This document shows positions 37,870 through 48,472 of a stretch of DNA of 57,473 nucleotides, in pieces. The translations under genes and the position numbers were made by a program. This stretch comes from Fibrobacteria bacterium (GTDB lineage: Bacteria; Fibrobacterota; Chitinivibrionia; Chitinivibrionales; FEN-1185): NCBI GenBank assembly GCA_037447435.1, contig JBBIGR010000034.1, positions 1-57,473 of the forward strand, read 5' to 3'. Numbering within the stretch: position 1 is the first letter of the stretch; the number at the start of each line of letters is the position of its first letter. The notes beneath the pieces were generated by a model, which was not told where the DNA came from, did not search any database, and worked only from the letters and a program-made list of their open reading frames with translations.

Positions 37870-40280
37870 TGAAACGGAAAAGCAATAATAGAACTACAAT
37901 CCTGGCAATCGTGTTCGCGGCTGTAACATTGACAGCAACGATGTCGCTTGCTGCCGATCTTTACAAGAACGATACATTGCATTGGCTTTTCATTGGCTGC
38001 GAAAACGATCATCCAAAGTCGTGGACTTTTATGGGAGGAGCGATGGCACCGGGGCGGCGCGCCAGGATTCAATTTGCAGTAAGGGCGGGTGGAACCTTGT
38101 TTACACCCGATGAATATGCGACAGATCGGAAGACGAAAATCAAATGGTATCTTTCCGAAGGATATCTGCCATCGCCGATTTCTGAATGGGATGCAGGGCA
38201 TTTCCACGTAAAGATTCAGCACCTTGTCCGCCGGATTCTCAATGACGGTGCCTCTGCGATATATTCACGGATTATTGTTAAGAACAATGCCATCGATAGC
38301 GGCACAGCTCGAATTCTTATCAATGCTGGTGTTGAGTCCGAGGTACCATTATCAGGCCCGCCAACGCTTGGCGGGGCAGATTCGATGTGCTACGATATAC
38401 GGCTGGCCCCGGGGGGAACGATAACCAAAGATTTCGTTGCACTTTCAGCGGGAATCGCTACGAGCACGCAATTGGCAGCTTCCGGCACTTTTGATGCGAA
38501 TTACTCTGCCTTCGCTGCACTTTATAAGAACCGGATACAAGGGTTGACCCATCCGGTGGCTTTGCCGGATTCCAATCTGGTCAACATGTTCAAAAACGCA
38601 CAAATCACTACCTGGGAATCCATGGTGAAGACGGGCGGTGCTTCCGCGCCTCAGTACGAACTGCGCAGCTCTGGAGGCACTCCGGGTGGACCCTTTCACG
38701 GTTATGACATAACCTACAACCATGACGTGCCGAACATGGCCGATGAGCTTGCAAGAGAAGGGGATTTCGCACTGGTTAAAAATATCATTGCCAGCAATTA
38801 CTATCAGGCTAATACCGGTGCAACGAGTCTGCAAAACGACTATCTCGATGCAGTGCCAAAATACATTCTCCCTTTCGCAGAGTATCTCCAGGTTTCCAAT
38901 GACTCAGGGTTCTTTACAACTGCGGTGTGCCAGGAATTAAAGGGTGCGGCCCACCGTGTTCACGATAATCGTTATGTCAATGTAGCAGATTCGGCGCATA
39001 ACGGCATCATGGAAAAGTCCAACACCCTGGATAACGGCAGTGATTTTCTCGTTACCGATGATTTCGCGGCCTTACATGGCCTGTGCGCCTACTACAACAT
39101 CTGCCACCACTTGAACGACACAGCAGAGGCGCACTGGGCCCAAGCGGAGTTGGCCGACCTCAATAATGCGTTTAATCGTGCTCTCAGCGTCGGTATGACG
39201 AGAAGAAAAGTGGATTGGTACATGGCTAACTTCGACGACAACGGTTACTTCTATCACTATGGTTATGACGGGAATTGGATCGCCTCGACATTCATGACAG
39301 CTGCTTTTCCGTGGGAAGCGGAGCTGAGAGGCCTGGATGTTGGCGGTACGTGGAAAGCGGCATTCGACGCCTCGATAAAACAGGCATTTGCCTTGCGCGA
39401 TGCAAAAATGTTTACATGGGGTAAAATACCTGATGGCAGCTGGGGGGCCTGGTGGAAACACGAATATGGAGCGGTGTACAATGCCGGTCAAGGACTAAGC
39501 TGTCTTGCATCGGAAACATACCGGCTCGAGCCGGTAAAGAACCTTACTTGGCTGCTTGCCAATCAAAGTGCGCCGCTGCAGTGGGGTGAAAGCTTCGACC
39601 AGGGAGACTGGTCGCGTCCGGCCGCAGACTATGAAACCTGGGGGCTTGGTTTTGTCAAGCAGACGATTCTCATGGTGTGTGCATCGGTACGGGCGGATGG
39701 AACAGTGATTATCGGTCGAGGTGTGCCTGATTCATGGACTGCTCCCGGTGCGACGATTGCATGGGCCCACGTGCATGTAAACGGCAACCGGGCGATCGAT
39801 TTTACCATAACGGGCGGCACAGCAAGCGTGACACTCACCATCACAGGTGATACGCCTCTTAACAACATTGTTTTCAACCTTCCGCGGTTTAAAAACAATA
39901 TCGCCTCTGTGAGCTCAGGTGTTATCAATGATTCGCTGGGCACAGTCACGGCGCCGGCCACAACCAAAACATTAACCGTGTATTTCAAGAGCGTCTCGGT
40001 ACGCATCCCAACAGCCATTTCGCCGGCAAACACGGGTATTCTCGCGCGGCAACGTGGCAAAGGCATCGAGGTGTCGTTTTCCATCCAAAGGCCACAGCAG
40101 TTACGTATCACCCTTATTGCAACAAACGGGCAGCGCGTTTACCAAAAAATAATAGAGCGAAAAACCGACGGGCATCACCTTGTCCTGCTTGATTGCCGTC
40201 TGCCTGCAGGTGTTTATTTGTGCAGGCTCTCTGGGGAAACTGTTTCGAACGCGGCGGTAACAAAGATTATCATAAAATAA
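37869..40280 (+). CDS. Secreted putative glycoside hydrolase (probably alpha/alpha-barrel, family not recognised) with C-terminal sorting-like domain
   Basis: TAATG-coupled start MKRKSNN with signal peptide; acidic and aromatic motifs (YNHDVPN, LVTDDFAALHGL, WGESF, IGRGVP..W); tail ATNGQRVY...LPAGVYLC...K. Confidence 0.7.
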   Translation: MKRKSNNRTTILAIVFAAVTLTATMSLAADLYKNDTLHWLFIGCENDHPKSWTFMGGAMAPGRRARIQFAVRAGGTLFTPDEYATDRKTKIKWYLSEGYLPSPISEWDAGHFHVKIQHLVRRILNDGASAIYSRIIVKNNAIDSGTARILINAGVESEVPLSGPPTLGGADSMCYDIRLAPGGTITKDFVALSAGIATSTQLAASGTFDANYSAFAALYKNRIQGLTHPVALPDSNLVNMFKNAQITTWESMVKTGGASAPQYELRSSGGTPGGPFHGYDITYNHDVPNMADELAREGDFALVKNIIASNYYQANTGATSLQNDYLDAVPKYILPFAEYLQVSNDSGFFTTAVCQELKGAAHRVHDNRYVNVADSAHNGIMEKSNTLDNGSDFLVTDDFAALHGLCAYYNICHHLNDTAEAHWAQAELADLNNAFNRALSVGMTRRKVDWYMANFDDNGYFYHYGYDGNWIASTFMTAAFPWEAELRGLDVGGTWKAAFDASIKQAFALRDAKMFTWGKIPDGSWGAWWKHEYGAVYNAGQGLSCLASETYRLEPVKNLTWLLANQSAPLQWGESFDQGDWSRPAADYETWGLGFVKQTILMVCASVRADGTVIIGRGVPDSWTAPGATIAWAHVHVNGNRAIDFTITGGTASVTLTITGDTPLNNIVFNLPRFKNNIASVSSGVINDSLGTVTAPATTKTLTVYFKSVSVRIPTAISPANTGILARQRGKGIEVSFSIQRPQQLRITLIATNGQRVYQKIIERKTDGHHLVLLDCRLPAGVYLCRLSGETVSNAAVTKIIIK

Positions 40281-40314
40281 GGCAAGCCTTAGGTTGTTTA
40301 CAAAAGGGGCATGT

Positions 40315-42105
40315 ATGACATTGTTGACAAAAATAATTTTTCTCGTGCTGGGTTTATCGTGCTGCTGGGCAGCAGCATCGTTCGATTCGATTCCTGCTCT
40401 CAAGCCGATTCCTGCGGGTGACGGCATCACCCGCCCTCTATACGTACCCATCTGGTCTCCGCTCTACGAATTGAACGGCAACAGCATTTACCCCGGCTCG
40501 CCGTATGTGCAAACAACATTGTACGAGCCGTACAATGATTTTACGCATGGCTGGTGGGATAACATTCTTGAAGAATTTGCTTACGCAGGCATTAATACTT
40601 CTCTGATTTTGACTCGCGCCTGGATCCCCGAGACTCGACAATGGGATACGCTTAAAACCAATTTGATCCCTGCTTTGAAACGCGCCGGCGATGAGGGTTA
40701 CATGAAATTCGGTCAATTCGAAGATTGCGGCTCATGGAAAGGGGCGTTTAAGAAACTTACAAACCATGATACGATCGACTGGGCCGATACGACCACTATG
40801 GTTTACATCATGTGGGACTTGTGCGTAAAACAATTCTTCGACTTCATGCCGTCTGATCTGGTACTGCGCTATAATGGGAAGGCTCTTTGGGCCGGTTGGT
40901 ATTCCGGTGGAATCAACACGCAGGGAAATATTTCGCGGGTTTTGCGCGAGGTCAAGAAGCGCTTCAAGGCCACATACAAACAGGACATTTTCATAATCAT
41001 CGACAATTCCTGGCGAAAAGGTGATAGCACCATCACCGTTGCCGAAGCCGATGGGGTTCAAAATTGGTTCTGCTGCGGCAATGCAGGAACTTTCTTCACC
41101 TGGAATAATGTTAATGTTGGAGCCTGCGTACCTGGATTCGGGATATTCGATTCGGTCGGCACCCCGAAAGCACATGGGGCATCGTTTGACAGGGACCATG
41201 GCCAGCGGCTGAAACAGTTCCTGGATTCGAGCGTATCGGTCAAGGCCAATATCGTGATAGAAGAAGGGTATGTAGACATGAGAGAAAGTGCGGGCATATA
41301 TAGGAGTCCAAAATGGGATTTTCCGAGTCAGTATCTTGAAATTGTCCGTGAATTTACAGACCAGATAACGGCAAGCCGACGGTTTCAGGCCGAAGCATGC
41401 GACTCTTTTTACAATAAAACAATCTCCAACACTTCGGTGATTTATTCATCGCGTAAACTTGACGTGTCGACATTACTCGCCCCGAATTACGGCTGGTTTG
41501 TGGATGGAACCGATGCAGGTGATTGGTTGAAGTGGAAACAGGCATTTTTTTCCGCTGGTACCTACGACGCCTATTTGCGCTATGCAGCCACGACTGCCGA
41601 TAACCGGATCGTGCTTTCTTTTGCCGGGAAAAACGATACGGTGGCGCTTCCCTCGACTTCGGGGGTATTCCAGGGTAAAAAGATTATCACCGCACGCCCG
41701 ATTACTTCCGGAAAGCAGGATATCACCATGACCTTTTTAACTGCGGGGCTGCAAGTTGACTTTATGCAAATCAACAAGGCGGGCCTTGCGGCTGTTGAGA
41801 AGCCCTTCTCAATATTGAAAGACAACGGATTTTCTGCAAAGGTCGCACAGGTAAATGGCGTATTGCGGATTATGATTTCCGTTCCCATTGATAACGCCAG
41901 GATAGAAATGCGTCTTTTCGATTCGCACGGCCGTCTTATGCGCAGCTTCGCACAGTCAGGAATAAATTGCGGTCCATTCACTGCTCAATGGGCAACTATT
42001 GGAATTGCCGGGGGATCATATATCCTAAAGATCTCGGTCATTGATAAGAGTGGTTTTGTTCGTTCCACCAATACTGTTACGGCACCGATTTTCGCGAAAC
42101 AATAG
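40315..42105 (+). CDS. DUF5010 domain protein (putative glycosidase) + CBM6-like module + C-terminal sorting-like domain
   Basis: WWDNILEEFAYAGI, EGYVDMRESAG..RS..W; FQAEACD..AGDWLKW..GTYDAYLRYA CBM-like; tail FDSHGRLM...GGSYILK. Confidence 0.7.
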   Translation: MTLLTKIIFLVLGLSCCWAAASFDSIPALKPIPAGDGITRPLYVPIWSPLYELNGNSIYPGSPYVQTTLYEPYNDFTHGWWDNILEEFAYAGINTSLILTRAWIPETRQWDTLKTNLIPALKRAGDEGYMKFGQFEDCGSWKGAFKKLTNHDTIDWADTTTMVYIMWDLCVKQFFDFMPSDLVLRYNGKALWAGWYSGGINTQGNISRVLREVKKRFKATYKQDIFIIIDNSWRKGDSTITVAEADGVQNWFCCGNAGTFFTWNNVNVGACVPGFGIFDSVGTPKAHGASFDRDHGQRLKQFLDSSVSVKANIVIEEGYVDMRESAGIYRSPKWDFPSQYLEIVREFTDQITASRRFQAEACDSFYNKTISNTSVIYSSRKLDVSTLLAPNYGWFVDGTDAGDWLKWKQAFFSAGTYDAYLRYAATTADNRIVLSFAGKNDTVALPSTSGVFQGKKIITARPITSGKQDITMTFLTAGLQVDFMQINKAGLAAVEKPFSILKDNGFSAKVAQVNGVLRIMISVPIDNARIEMRLFDSHGRLMRSFAQSGINCGPFTAQWATIGIAGGSYILKISVIDKSGFVRSTNTVTAPIFAKQ

Positions 42106-42119
42106 GAAGGACACTCGAT

Positions 42120-44492
42120 ATGTTGCGATTTATTCTGCCAAAAACGATTAGTTCGGAGATTGGCGTATTGTTGATTTGGTCTGCGTCGTATTGTTTTTCC
42201 TCGGACATCGACGTGGTGTGCGGCAGACTAAAAACGATGTACTTGAAGTGGCCGTGTAACAGCGCTGCCACGTACTTGTCGAACCTGAATTCGAACGGCA
42301 GTTTCAAAGACCTGAGCTATTCCGGTTTTTCATGCGAGCATCTAATCCGACTGCTACAAATGGCCATCGCATACAACACTCCCGGCAATGCAAATTACAA
42401 CAATGCAACCATGGCCGCTGCAATCAATTCGGGATTGAATTATTGGCACCAGATCAATCTAAAGGACTCCAACTGGTGGTCGAATGACGTCGAAAAAGAA
42501 CAATATCTTGGGCCCATCGCTGTGCTGATGAAAGGCACGCTGGGTGCCGAGAACGTTCTTGCTTTGACAAAGGATTTGAGCGGTACGGTTGCCGCCGCAA
42601 CAGGCATGAATATGGTTTGGGCTTGCGAGAACCTCCTGTGGCGCGGCCTTTTCACCAATCAAATAAATGACGTGACAAGGGCAAGAGACAGCATCGCAGC
42701 TGTTTGCGACCCCACTCTAACGGCAAATAGCCTGGAAGGGCTCAAAACCGATTGGTCTTTTTGGCAGCATGGCCCTATGATGGCGGATAATGCCTATGGC
42801 CTTCAAACCATAGAGGATGTTAGTCTTTGGATAAATATGCTTTCGGGTACTTCTTTTAGTTTTTCACAAAAGACCCTTAATAATTTCTCAACGTACTTTC
42901 TCATAGGGGTTGGATGGGCAAGTTTTAAGGGGTATCTCGATTTTGGACCTGCCGGAAGATATGTCCAGCAAACAGCGGAATGGGTGCCGAATGCAGGTGG
43001 AGTATATGGAAAGGACACCGTTGGCTTGACGCCGACCGGAGCCACCTGGACAGATCAGAGGAGCTCTTTGATTAATTATATCAACAATATAAAAGTCGTC
43101 GACACCGTTCATAGACTGCAATTTGATGCATGGATTGCCAATATCAAGGATGGTGCGCCTAACCCTGCGATTGGCGACAAACATTTCTGGCTTTCAGACT
43201 ACCATTCTCATAGAAGAGCCGATTACTTCATAGGTCTAAAGATCGCTTCTACTCGAACTAAAATTCCCGAATCTCTCTTCTCTGATAACCCCAACGGATT
43301 CTATGAAGGCGTCGGGGGAATGTATCTCAGTGTTGACGGTCCTGAATACTATAAAATTTATTCTTCGTGGGATTGGGCCCTGATACCTGGTACCACTACA
43401 CAACATAGAAATCCTGTGCCGGAACCAGGCAATAGGAAAGGTCTCACTACGTTTGTCGGAGGAGCATCCGATGGGAATTATGGCGTTGTAGGCTACGATT
43501 TGAATTGGGATGGCGTTACCGGAAAAAAAGCCTGGTTTTTCTTTGATGACGAGTTCCTCGCTTTGGGTAACAATATTGCCAGTAGCTTGACCAATTCGAT
43601 AAACACAACAATCAATCAGACTGCCAAAAATGGCGATATCAGGGTTGAGTATGGCTCCGGAACAGGAACGGTTGTTGGCATCAGCCCTACGACGCTCACT
43701 AATCCAAAATGGGTTCAGCACGGAAAATTCGGCTATGTCTTTCCACAAAACGAAACCGTGCAATTGAATTCTTCAACGGTAAATTCAAATAACATATTTG
43801 CGCTCTATTTCAATCACGGTGTTGCACCCAAAAATGCATCATATCAATATATCGTGATGCCAAACGCGACAACGGGCAGTGTTCAGGCTCTCTCAGTCAA
43901 AAATCCGATCGCAACGGCCATGAACACTTCTGCGGTTCAGGCGGCATATCATAGTGCGCTTAAAATAGGCGGCGTCGTTTTTTATCAAGCCGACAGTGTC
44001 GTTCTGCGCCCGGGCTTGACCATTGCGGTGGACAAGCCTTGTATACTATTGGTAAAAGAAACAGCAGGCCAATTGTTGGTTACCGCGTCAAACCCCGTTA
44101 ATCAAGGCTTGGCGTTGAATGTCACCATAAATTGGGGGACGGGTAATAAGAACCTTGCTTTCAATTTGCCGAGCGGGGAAATGGCGGGTTCAAGCGTTAC
44201 CATGAGCATGACAACAGGTAACACAATGGCGAGGTTTCCAACGAAAGAGACAACTCGTAGCGTTGTTGTTCCCTTGGGGCCAGGAATGGGCTCCGTCGAA
44301 TTCGCACTTTCTGAAAAGGAAACTATTCGACGGATTAAGATTATAAGCACGGATGGGAGAGTAATAAACAGCAGCGAACCTGTTTCAACCGGCTGCATTG
44401 CACCTCAGGTGCAACTCGTACCGGGAGTCTACATTGTAAAATGCGAAACGAGCAAAAGGTCGATAGCTTTAGTAAAGGAGCTGAATAGATGA
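42120..44492 (+). CDS. Polysaccharide lyase family 8 (chondroitin AC/hyaluronate/xanthan lyase-like)
   Basis: SNWW, TGMNMVW (Asn), SFWQHG (His), NAYG (Tyr), WDWALIPGTT, FVGGASDG, KKAWFFFDDE, HG..P.NASY.Y. Tail PGVYIVK. Confidence 0.92.
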   Translation: MLRFILPKTISSEIGVLLIWSASYCFSSDIDVVCGRLKTMYLKWPCNSAATYLSNLNSNGSFKDLSYSGFSCEHLIRLLQMAIAYNTPGNANYNNATMAAAINSGLNYWHQINLKDSNWWSNDVEKEQYLGPIAVLMKGTLGAENVLALTKDLSGTVAAATGMNMVWACENLLWRGLFTNQINDVTRARDSIAAVCDPTLTANSLEGLKTDWSFWQHGPMMADNAYGLQTIEDVSLWINMLSGTSFSFSQKTLNNFSTYFLIGVGWASFKGYLDFGPAGRYVQQTAEWVPNAGGVYGKDTVGLTPTGATWTDQRSSLINYINNIKVVDTVHRLQFDAWIANIKDGAPNPAIGDKHFWLSDYHSHRRADYFIGLKIASTRTKIPESLFSDNPNGFYEGVGGMYLSVDGPEYYKIYSSWDWALIPGTTTQHRNPVPEPGNRKGLTTFVGGASDGNYGVVGYDLNWDGVTGKKAWFFFDDEFLALGNNIASSLTNSINTTINQTAKNGDIRVEYGSGTGTVVGISPTTLTNPKWVQHGKFGYVFPQNETVQLNSSTVNSNNIFALYFNHGVAPKNASYQYIVMPNATTGSVQALSVKNPIATAMNTSAVQAAYHSALKIGGVVFYQADSVVLRPGLTIAVDKPCILLVKETAGQLLVTASNPVNQGLALNVTINWGTGNKNLAFNLPSGEMAGSSVTMSMTTGNTMARFPTKETTRSVVVPLGPGMGSVEFALSEKETIRRIKIISTDGRVINSSEPVSTGCIAPQVQLVPGVYIVKCETSKRSIALVKELNR

Positions 44493-45628
44493 TACGGTCA
44501 AGAATGGTTCGAGCAGCTATGTTGCTGTGCAGCTTTGTGGTATTCTCGCATGCCGGGACGAACGTCATCGACAGTCTCACCTTTAAAGGTGATTTGCATC
44601 AGTATATCGTTCACGTTCCGTCAAGCTATGTTAAGGGAAAGCCTGTAAGTTTGGTGCTGAGCTTACATGGCTTCGGCTGGCACATAGCAAAGTACATGAC
44701 GGTTGAGAATTTTTGGAAGAAAGCCGACAGCGTGGGTTTTCTGGATGTTTATCCGCAGGGCGCGGACACCAGCTGGGATTCCGGCCCTTTTTGTTGCGGG
44801 GAATCGCAATGGAAAAAGCGCGATGATGTCGGGTTTATTCGGGCATTGGTCGACACGCTTGAGAAACACTACTCAATTGACAAAAACCATGTGTATGCCG
44901 TCGGCGTTTCGAATGGCGGCATGATGTCAAACCGCTTGGGGGCCGAAGCTGCGGACGTATTTGCAGCAGTTTCGGGGATTTGCGGTCCGCTGGAATTGTC
45001 GCCGACCGATTCCGGACTACACCCGTCACGGCCGGTTTCCGTACTGGATTTCCACAATCTCAACGACAGCACGATTAAGTATGCGGGAGGCGGTTCCAAT
45101 GTCGCCCCGGCCGAGACGCTGGCAGTTGCAGCCTGGGCACGTGTCGATGGATGCACGAATGGGCCCGTAAAAAGTACGTACAACAGTCAGACGTCTATCA
45201 AAACGTGGACAAAGAATAAATCTCCGGTCGAGGTGATCTTGTACACCCCGCTCACAGGCGGACATTCCTTTCCACCGTCGAATTCAGTTCTGTGGCGCGA
45301 TACACTATGGAGTTTTTTCAAGCGACATTCGCTTGACGAACAAACGACCGCAGCACTGCCGGGCCTAATGTTTCCAGGGCTGGAATGCAATCACTTGGCA
45401 ATCACATATCTCGGCAATCAACGCGTTGCCGTCGTCGCCCCGGCACAGTGCCAAGAAATACAGATTTTGCGGATAAATGGATCCATTATGCAATCTATCC
45501 GTATGGGAAATGCTCGGCGATGCGAATTAAATCTGTGTGATTTAAGGTCAGGTGTTTACCTGATTCGTGCATGGGGAGCGGGACCGAATTATGTCTTAGC
45601 AATCACGCACAATGCAGGCGATTTTTGA
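44489..45628 (+). CDS. Secreted alpha/beta-hydrolase, PHB depolymerase/LpqC-like (CE1-type esterase) with C-terminal sorting-like domain
   Basis: LVLSLHG, YPQG..W..G.CC, DDVGFI, GVSNGGMM nucleophile elbow, GGHSFP. Confidence 0.85.
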   Translation: MIRSRMVRAAMLLCSFVVFSHAGTNVIDSLTFKGDLHQYIVHVPSSYVKGKPVSLVLSLHGFGWHIAKYMTVENFWKKADSVGFLDVYPQGADTSWDSGPFCCGESQWKKRDDVGFIRALVDTLEKHYSIDKNHVYAVGVSNGGMMSNRLGAEAADVFAAVSGICGPLELSPTDSGLHPSRPVSVLDFHNLNDSTIKYAGGGSNVAPAETLAVAAWARVDGCTNGPVKSTYNSQTSIKTWTKNKSPVEVILYTPLTGGHSFPPSNSVLWRDTLWSFFKRHSLDEQTTAALPGLMFPGLECNHLAITYLGNQRVAVVAPAQCQEIQILRINGSIMQSIRMGNARRCELNLCDLRSGVYLIRAWGAGPNYVLAITHNAGDF

Positions 45629-45668
45629 GCAGATTAATGAATGTTGCAATAATTGTTAAGGAGGAGCC

Positions 45669-46865
45669 GTGAAGCTTAAGACTCTACTGCATATCGCCTG
45701 CGCGATAATCGCTTTTTCCAGTGCTTTTTCGTCAAGTACGCCGGCGACCTTCTCCGATTCCGTGACGATCGGCCGCTTTTATGATAATAAGCAGGGTGCG
45801 GTATCCTACACCTTCGATGATGGCATCCGAAATCAATTCGACAGCGCTGTACCCGTGCTAAATCTTTACAACATCAAGGGATCGTTTGGAATTATCGTGG
45901 GCCCCATTCTGGCAACCGATGCCCAGGCTCAAGCCGCGTATCCCGACAGCGCGGGGGGAAGCGCCAGCTGGCACCAGATACTGCAGGCCGATTCCATGGG
46001 ACACGAAATCTGCAACCATTCCTGGAGTCATCCCAATCTGCCGATGATCGAGACGAATGCCACTGTGCTTGACCACCAGGTGAACGACTCCTGGGATACT
46101 CTTACCAGTAAACTTAGAAAGAAGTGTTTCAGTTTTTTCTATCCCTACAATTCCGTGGATTCGCTGGTACGTGCCAAGGTCCATGAAAAGCATTACCTGG
46201 CACGGGAGAATGAATTGGGAATTAATGGAAAAGTCACTGCCACTTCTATGAATACGTGGGTTAGTAATACGGCCAAGAACAAATCGTGGCAGATTTTCAT
46301 GATTCATGGAATCAACCGGGGGTTCGATGCACTCGGAAGCACCGCGCTTTTCCGGCAACACTTCGCCTATGTCAATACTATCCGGAATAGTGTCTGGGTC
46401 GCGACTTTTGGTGCCGTTGGCCGCTACGTCATGGAACGCGATTCTGCTCACATCACCGCAGTACGGACCGGGAATATGTCTGCGACTGTCAACATAACCT
46501 GCAAGCTCGATACCGCAGCTTTTAACCAGCCGTTAACGCTGATCATGCCGGCACCGGGTGCAAAGATCGTGTCGGCCCGACAGCAAGGAAACAACCTCGT
46601 TGTGCCGGCGAAAATCGACTCGAACCGAATTTACGTTGATGTTGTTCCGAATGGGGCTCCCGTGCTTGTCGAGTGGACGGATAAATCGACAGGGCTTTCT
46701 CCGCGTGGAACCGGATCGTTGCCTGTGGCAGGTAAATGGCCGCATTCGACGATCATCGTTGCTCCATCACAGATTTATCCGGATGGCGAAACTTTTTCTC
46801 TTTCGGGGAAGCGCATCGCTCCTGGGCGTTCTCCTTCCCATGCAGTATTCGTAATTGTAAAGTAA
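45669..46865 (+). CDS. Polysaccharide deacetylase (CE4/NodB-like)
   Basis: GTG start after GGAGGAG; SYTFDDG, HEICNHSWSHP, FFYPY, MIHG, VWVATF. Confidence 0.88.
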   Translation: MKLKTLLHIACAIIAFSSAFSSSTPATFSDSVTIGRFYDNKQGAVSYTFDDGIRNQFDSAVPVLNLYNIKGSFGIIVGPILATDAQAQAAYPDSAGGSASWHQILQADSMGHEICNHSWSHPNLPMIETNATVLDHQVNDSWDTLTSKLRKKCFSFFYPYNSVDSLVRAKVHEKHYLARENELGINGKVTATSMNTWVSNTAKNKSWQIFMIHGINRGFDALGSTALFRQHFAYVNTIRNSVWVATFGAVGRYVMERDSAHITAVRTGNMSATVNITCKLDTAAFNQPLTLIMPAPGAKIVSARQQGNNLVVPAKIDSNRIYVDVVPNGAPVLVEWTDKSTGLSPRGTGSLPVAGKWPHSTIIVAPSQIYPDGETFSLSGKRIAPGRSPSHAVFVIVK

Positions 46866-46957
46866 AGATGATGTCACAAGAAACTGAGATGTCCGTGAAA
46901 TTGTTTCGTATGAACCGGAAATCACAATATATGCTTGCGATTTTCAAATAAAGGAAG

Positions 46958-48472
46958 ATGGTGAATCCGATGAAAACAAAAAGCACTAAAGTAAACGTAG
47001 TCCTGTTTATGCAAATTCTCCTTATGATTTGTTTCATGGTTTTGAAAACCGTTTCCGCGGCAAGCCCTGTGGGGGATGTTGTGGGTAAAGTGGTTGTCGG
47101 CTATCAGGGCTGGTGGTCTTGTAAAGGCGACAGTTCTCCTGTCAATAGCTGGGGCCACATGAACCTTGAAATGTGGCCCGATGTTCGTGAGTATGCGTCA
47201 ACATATGCGGGATGCCCGTTTTACCAAGCGGGTGTTGTTCAGCCCGCATATGCCGGAAATCTGGGGAACGGTACTCCTGCGAAAATGTTCTCGTCGAACA
47301 AGCAACAGGTCATGAACACTCATTTCCTCTGGATGCAGCAAAACGGCATCGACTGTGCGGCCTTGCAACGCTTCGGCAGTTATACCACGCCCGGCAGCAA
47401 CCTCAAGGCTTTTCACGACAGCAATGCGGTACACATGATGAACGCGGCCCAAACGTATGGCCGAAAATTTTTCATGATGTACGATTGCAGTGCAACATCA
47501 GCAGTTGATACCGATTGGAAAAATACGATCGTTGGTACGTTGCATTTGACAAATTCACCGGCGTATGCAAAGCAGAACGGCAAGCCTGTTGTTTGCTTCT
47601 TTGGCGTCGGCAAATCGGACCGCGGTGCAGTGGCCGACTGGGTAACTAAAATCAACTGGTTCAAATCTCAAGGATGCTATGTGATCGGCGGCGCGCTTCA
47701 GGGCTGGCGCGGCGGAACCGATATGTCGTGCTACGATGCTTGCGATATGATAATGCCCTGGATGGTTGGAAGGAATTCCACACAGCAATCTTACTTTGAA
47801 TCATGGTATAAAGACGATTTAACATATTGTAATGCTCATAATCTGGATTATCAGGCGGATATCTATCCCGGAACGGCCTTTTACAATACGAACGGCGCGA
47901 CTTCGCCCAAGAACCAGATTCCAAGAAGACATGGCGATTTCATGTGGTCGCAGTTTGCGGCTGCACGAAATGTTGGCGTCAAAAGTGTTTACATTTCCAT
48001 GTTCGACGAGGCTCAGGAAGCAACGTCGATCTTTAAAATCGCCGAAAACGCCTCTATGATACCGGCCGGGCAATATTTCCTGACGCTCGATGCCGACAGT
48101 GTTGCCTGTTCCTCCGATTTCTATCTTCGATTGACAAAAGATGGTGTAAGCATGGTCAAAGGATTGCTGCCGTATACGACGACCCATCCGACGCCGCATA
48201 TGCTGCCGACATCCGTTTTGCCCCAAGGAGCCCGGTCGAAGGCGATTTCTTTACAAAGAATTAACGGACAAAACGTAATCAATGTACCGGTTCATTGCGA
48301 GAAAATCCAAGTAATGAGAATGAATGGTGCTGTCGTCAAAACGTTTAATATTGGAAACCTAGCCCAAAACGAAATTGTAATTCAGGGCATTAAAACCGGA
48401 GTCTATATGATCCATGCAACCGGCCCAGGATTAAATGTGACAAGTAAAATCATCGGGGGAAATCCACAATGA
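46958..48472 (+). CDS. Glycoside hydrolase family 71/99-like protein, paralog of 31387..33495
   Basis: GYQGWW, HFLWMQQNGIDCAALQRF, NGKPVVCF, SMFDEAQEAT, SSDFYLRL. Sorting-like tail. Confidence 0.85.
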   Translation: MVNPMKTKSTKVNVVLFMQILLMICFMVLKTVSAASPVGDVVGKVVVGYQGWWSCKGDSSPVNSWGHMNLEMWPDVREYASTYAGCPFYQAGVVQPAYAGNLGNGTPAKMFSSNKQQVMNTHFLWMQQNGIDCAALQRFGSYTTPGSNLKAFHDSNAVHMMNAAQTYGRKFFMMYDCSATSAVDTDWKNTIVGTLHLTNSPAYAKQNGKPVVCFFGVGKSDRGAVADWVTKINWFKSQGCYVIGGALQGWRGGTDMSCYDACDMIMPWMVGRNSTQQSYFESWYKDDLTYCNAHNLDYQADIYPGTAFYNTNGATSPKNQIPRRHGDFMWSQFAAARNVGVKSVYISMFDEAQEATSIFKIAENASMIPAGQYFLTLDADSVACSSDFYLRLTKDGVSMVKGLLPYTTTHPTPHMLPTSVLPQGARSKAISLQRINGQNVINVPVHCEKIQVMRMNGAVVKTFNIGNLAQNEIVIQGIKTGVYMIHATGPGLNVTSKIIGGNPQ

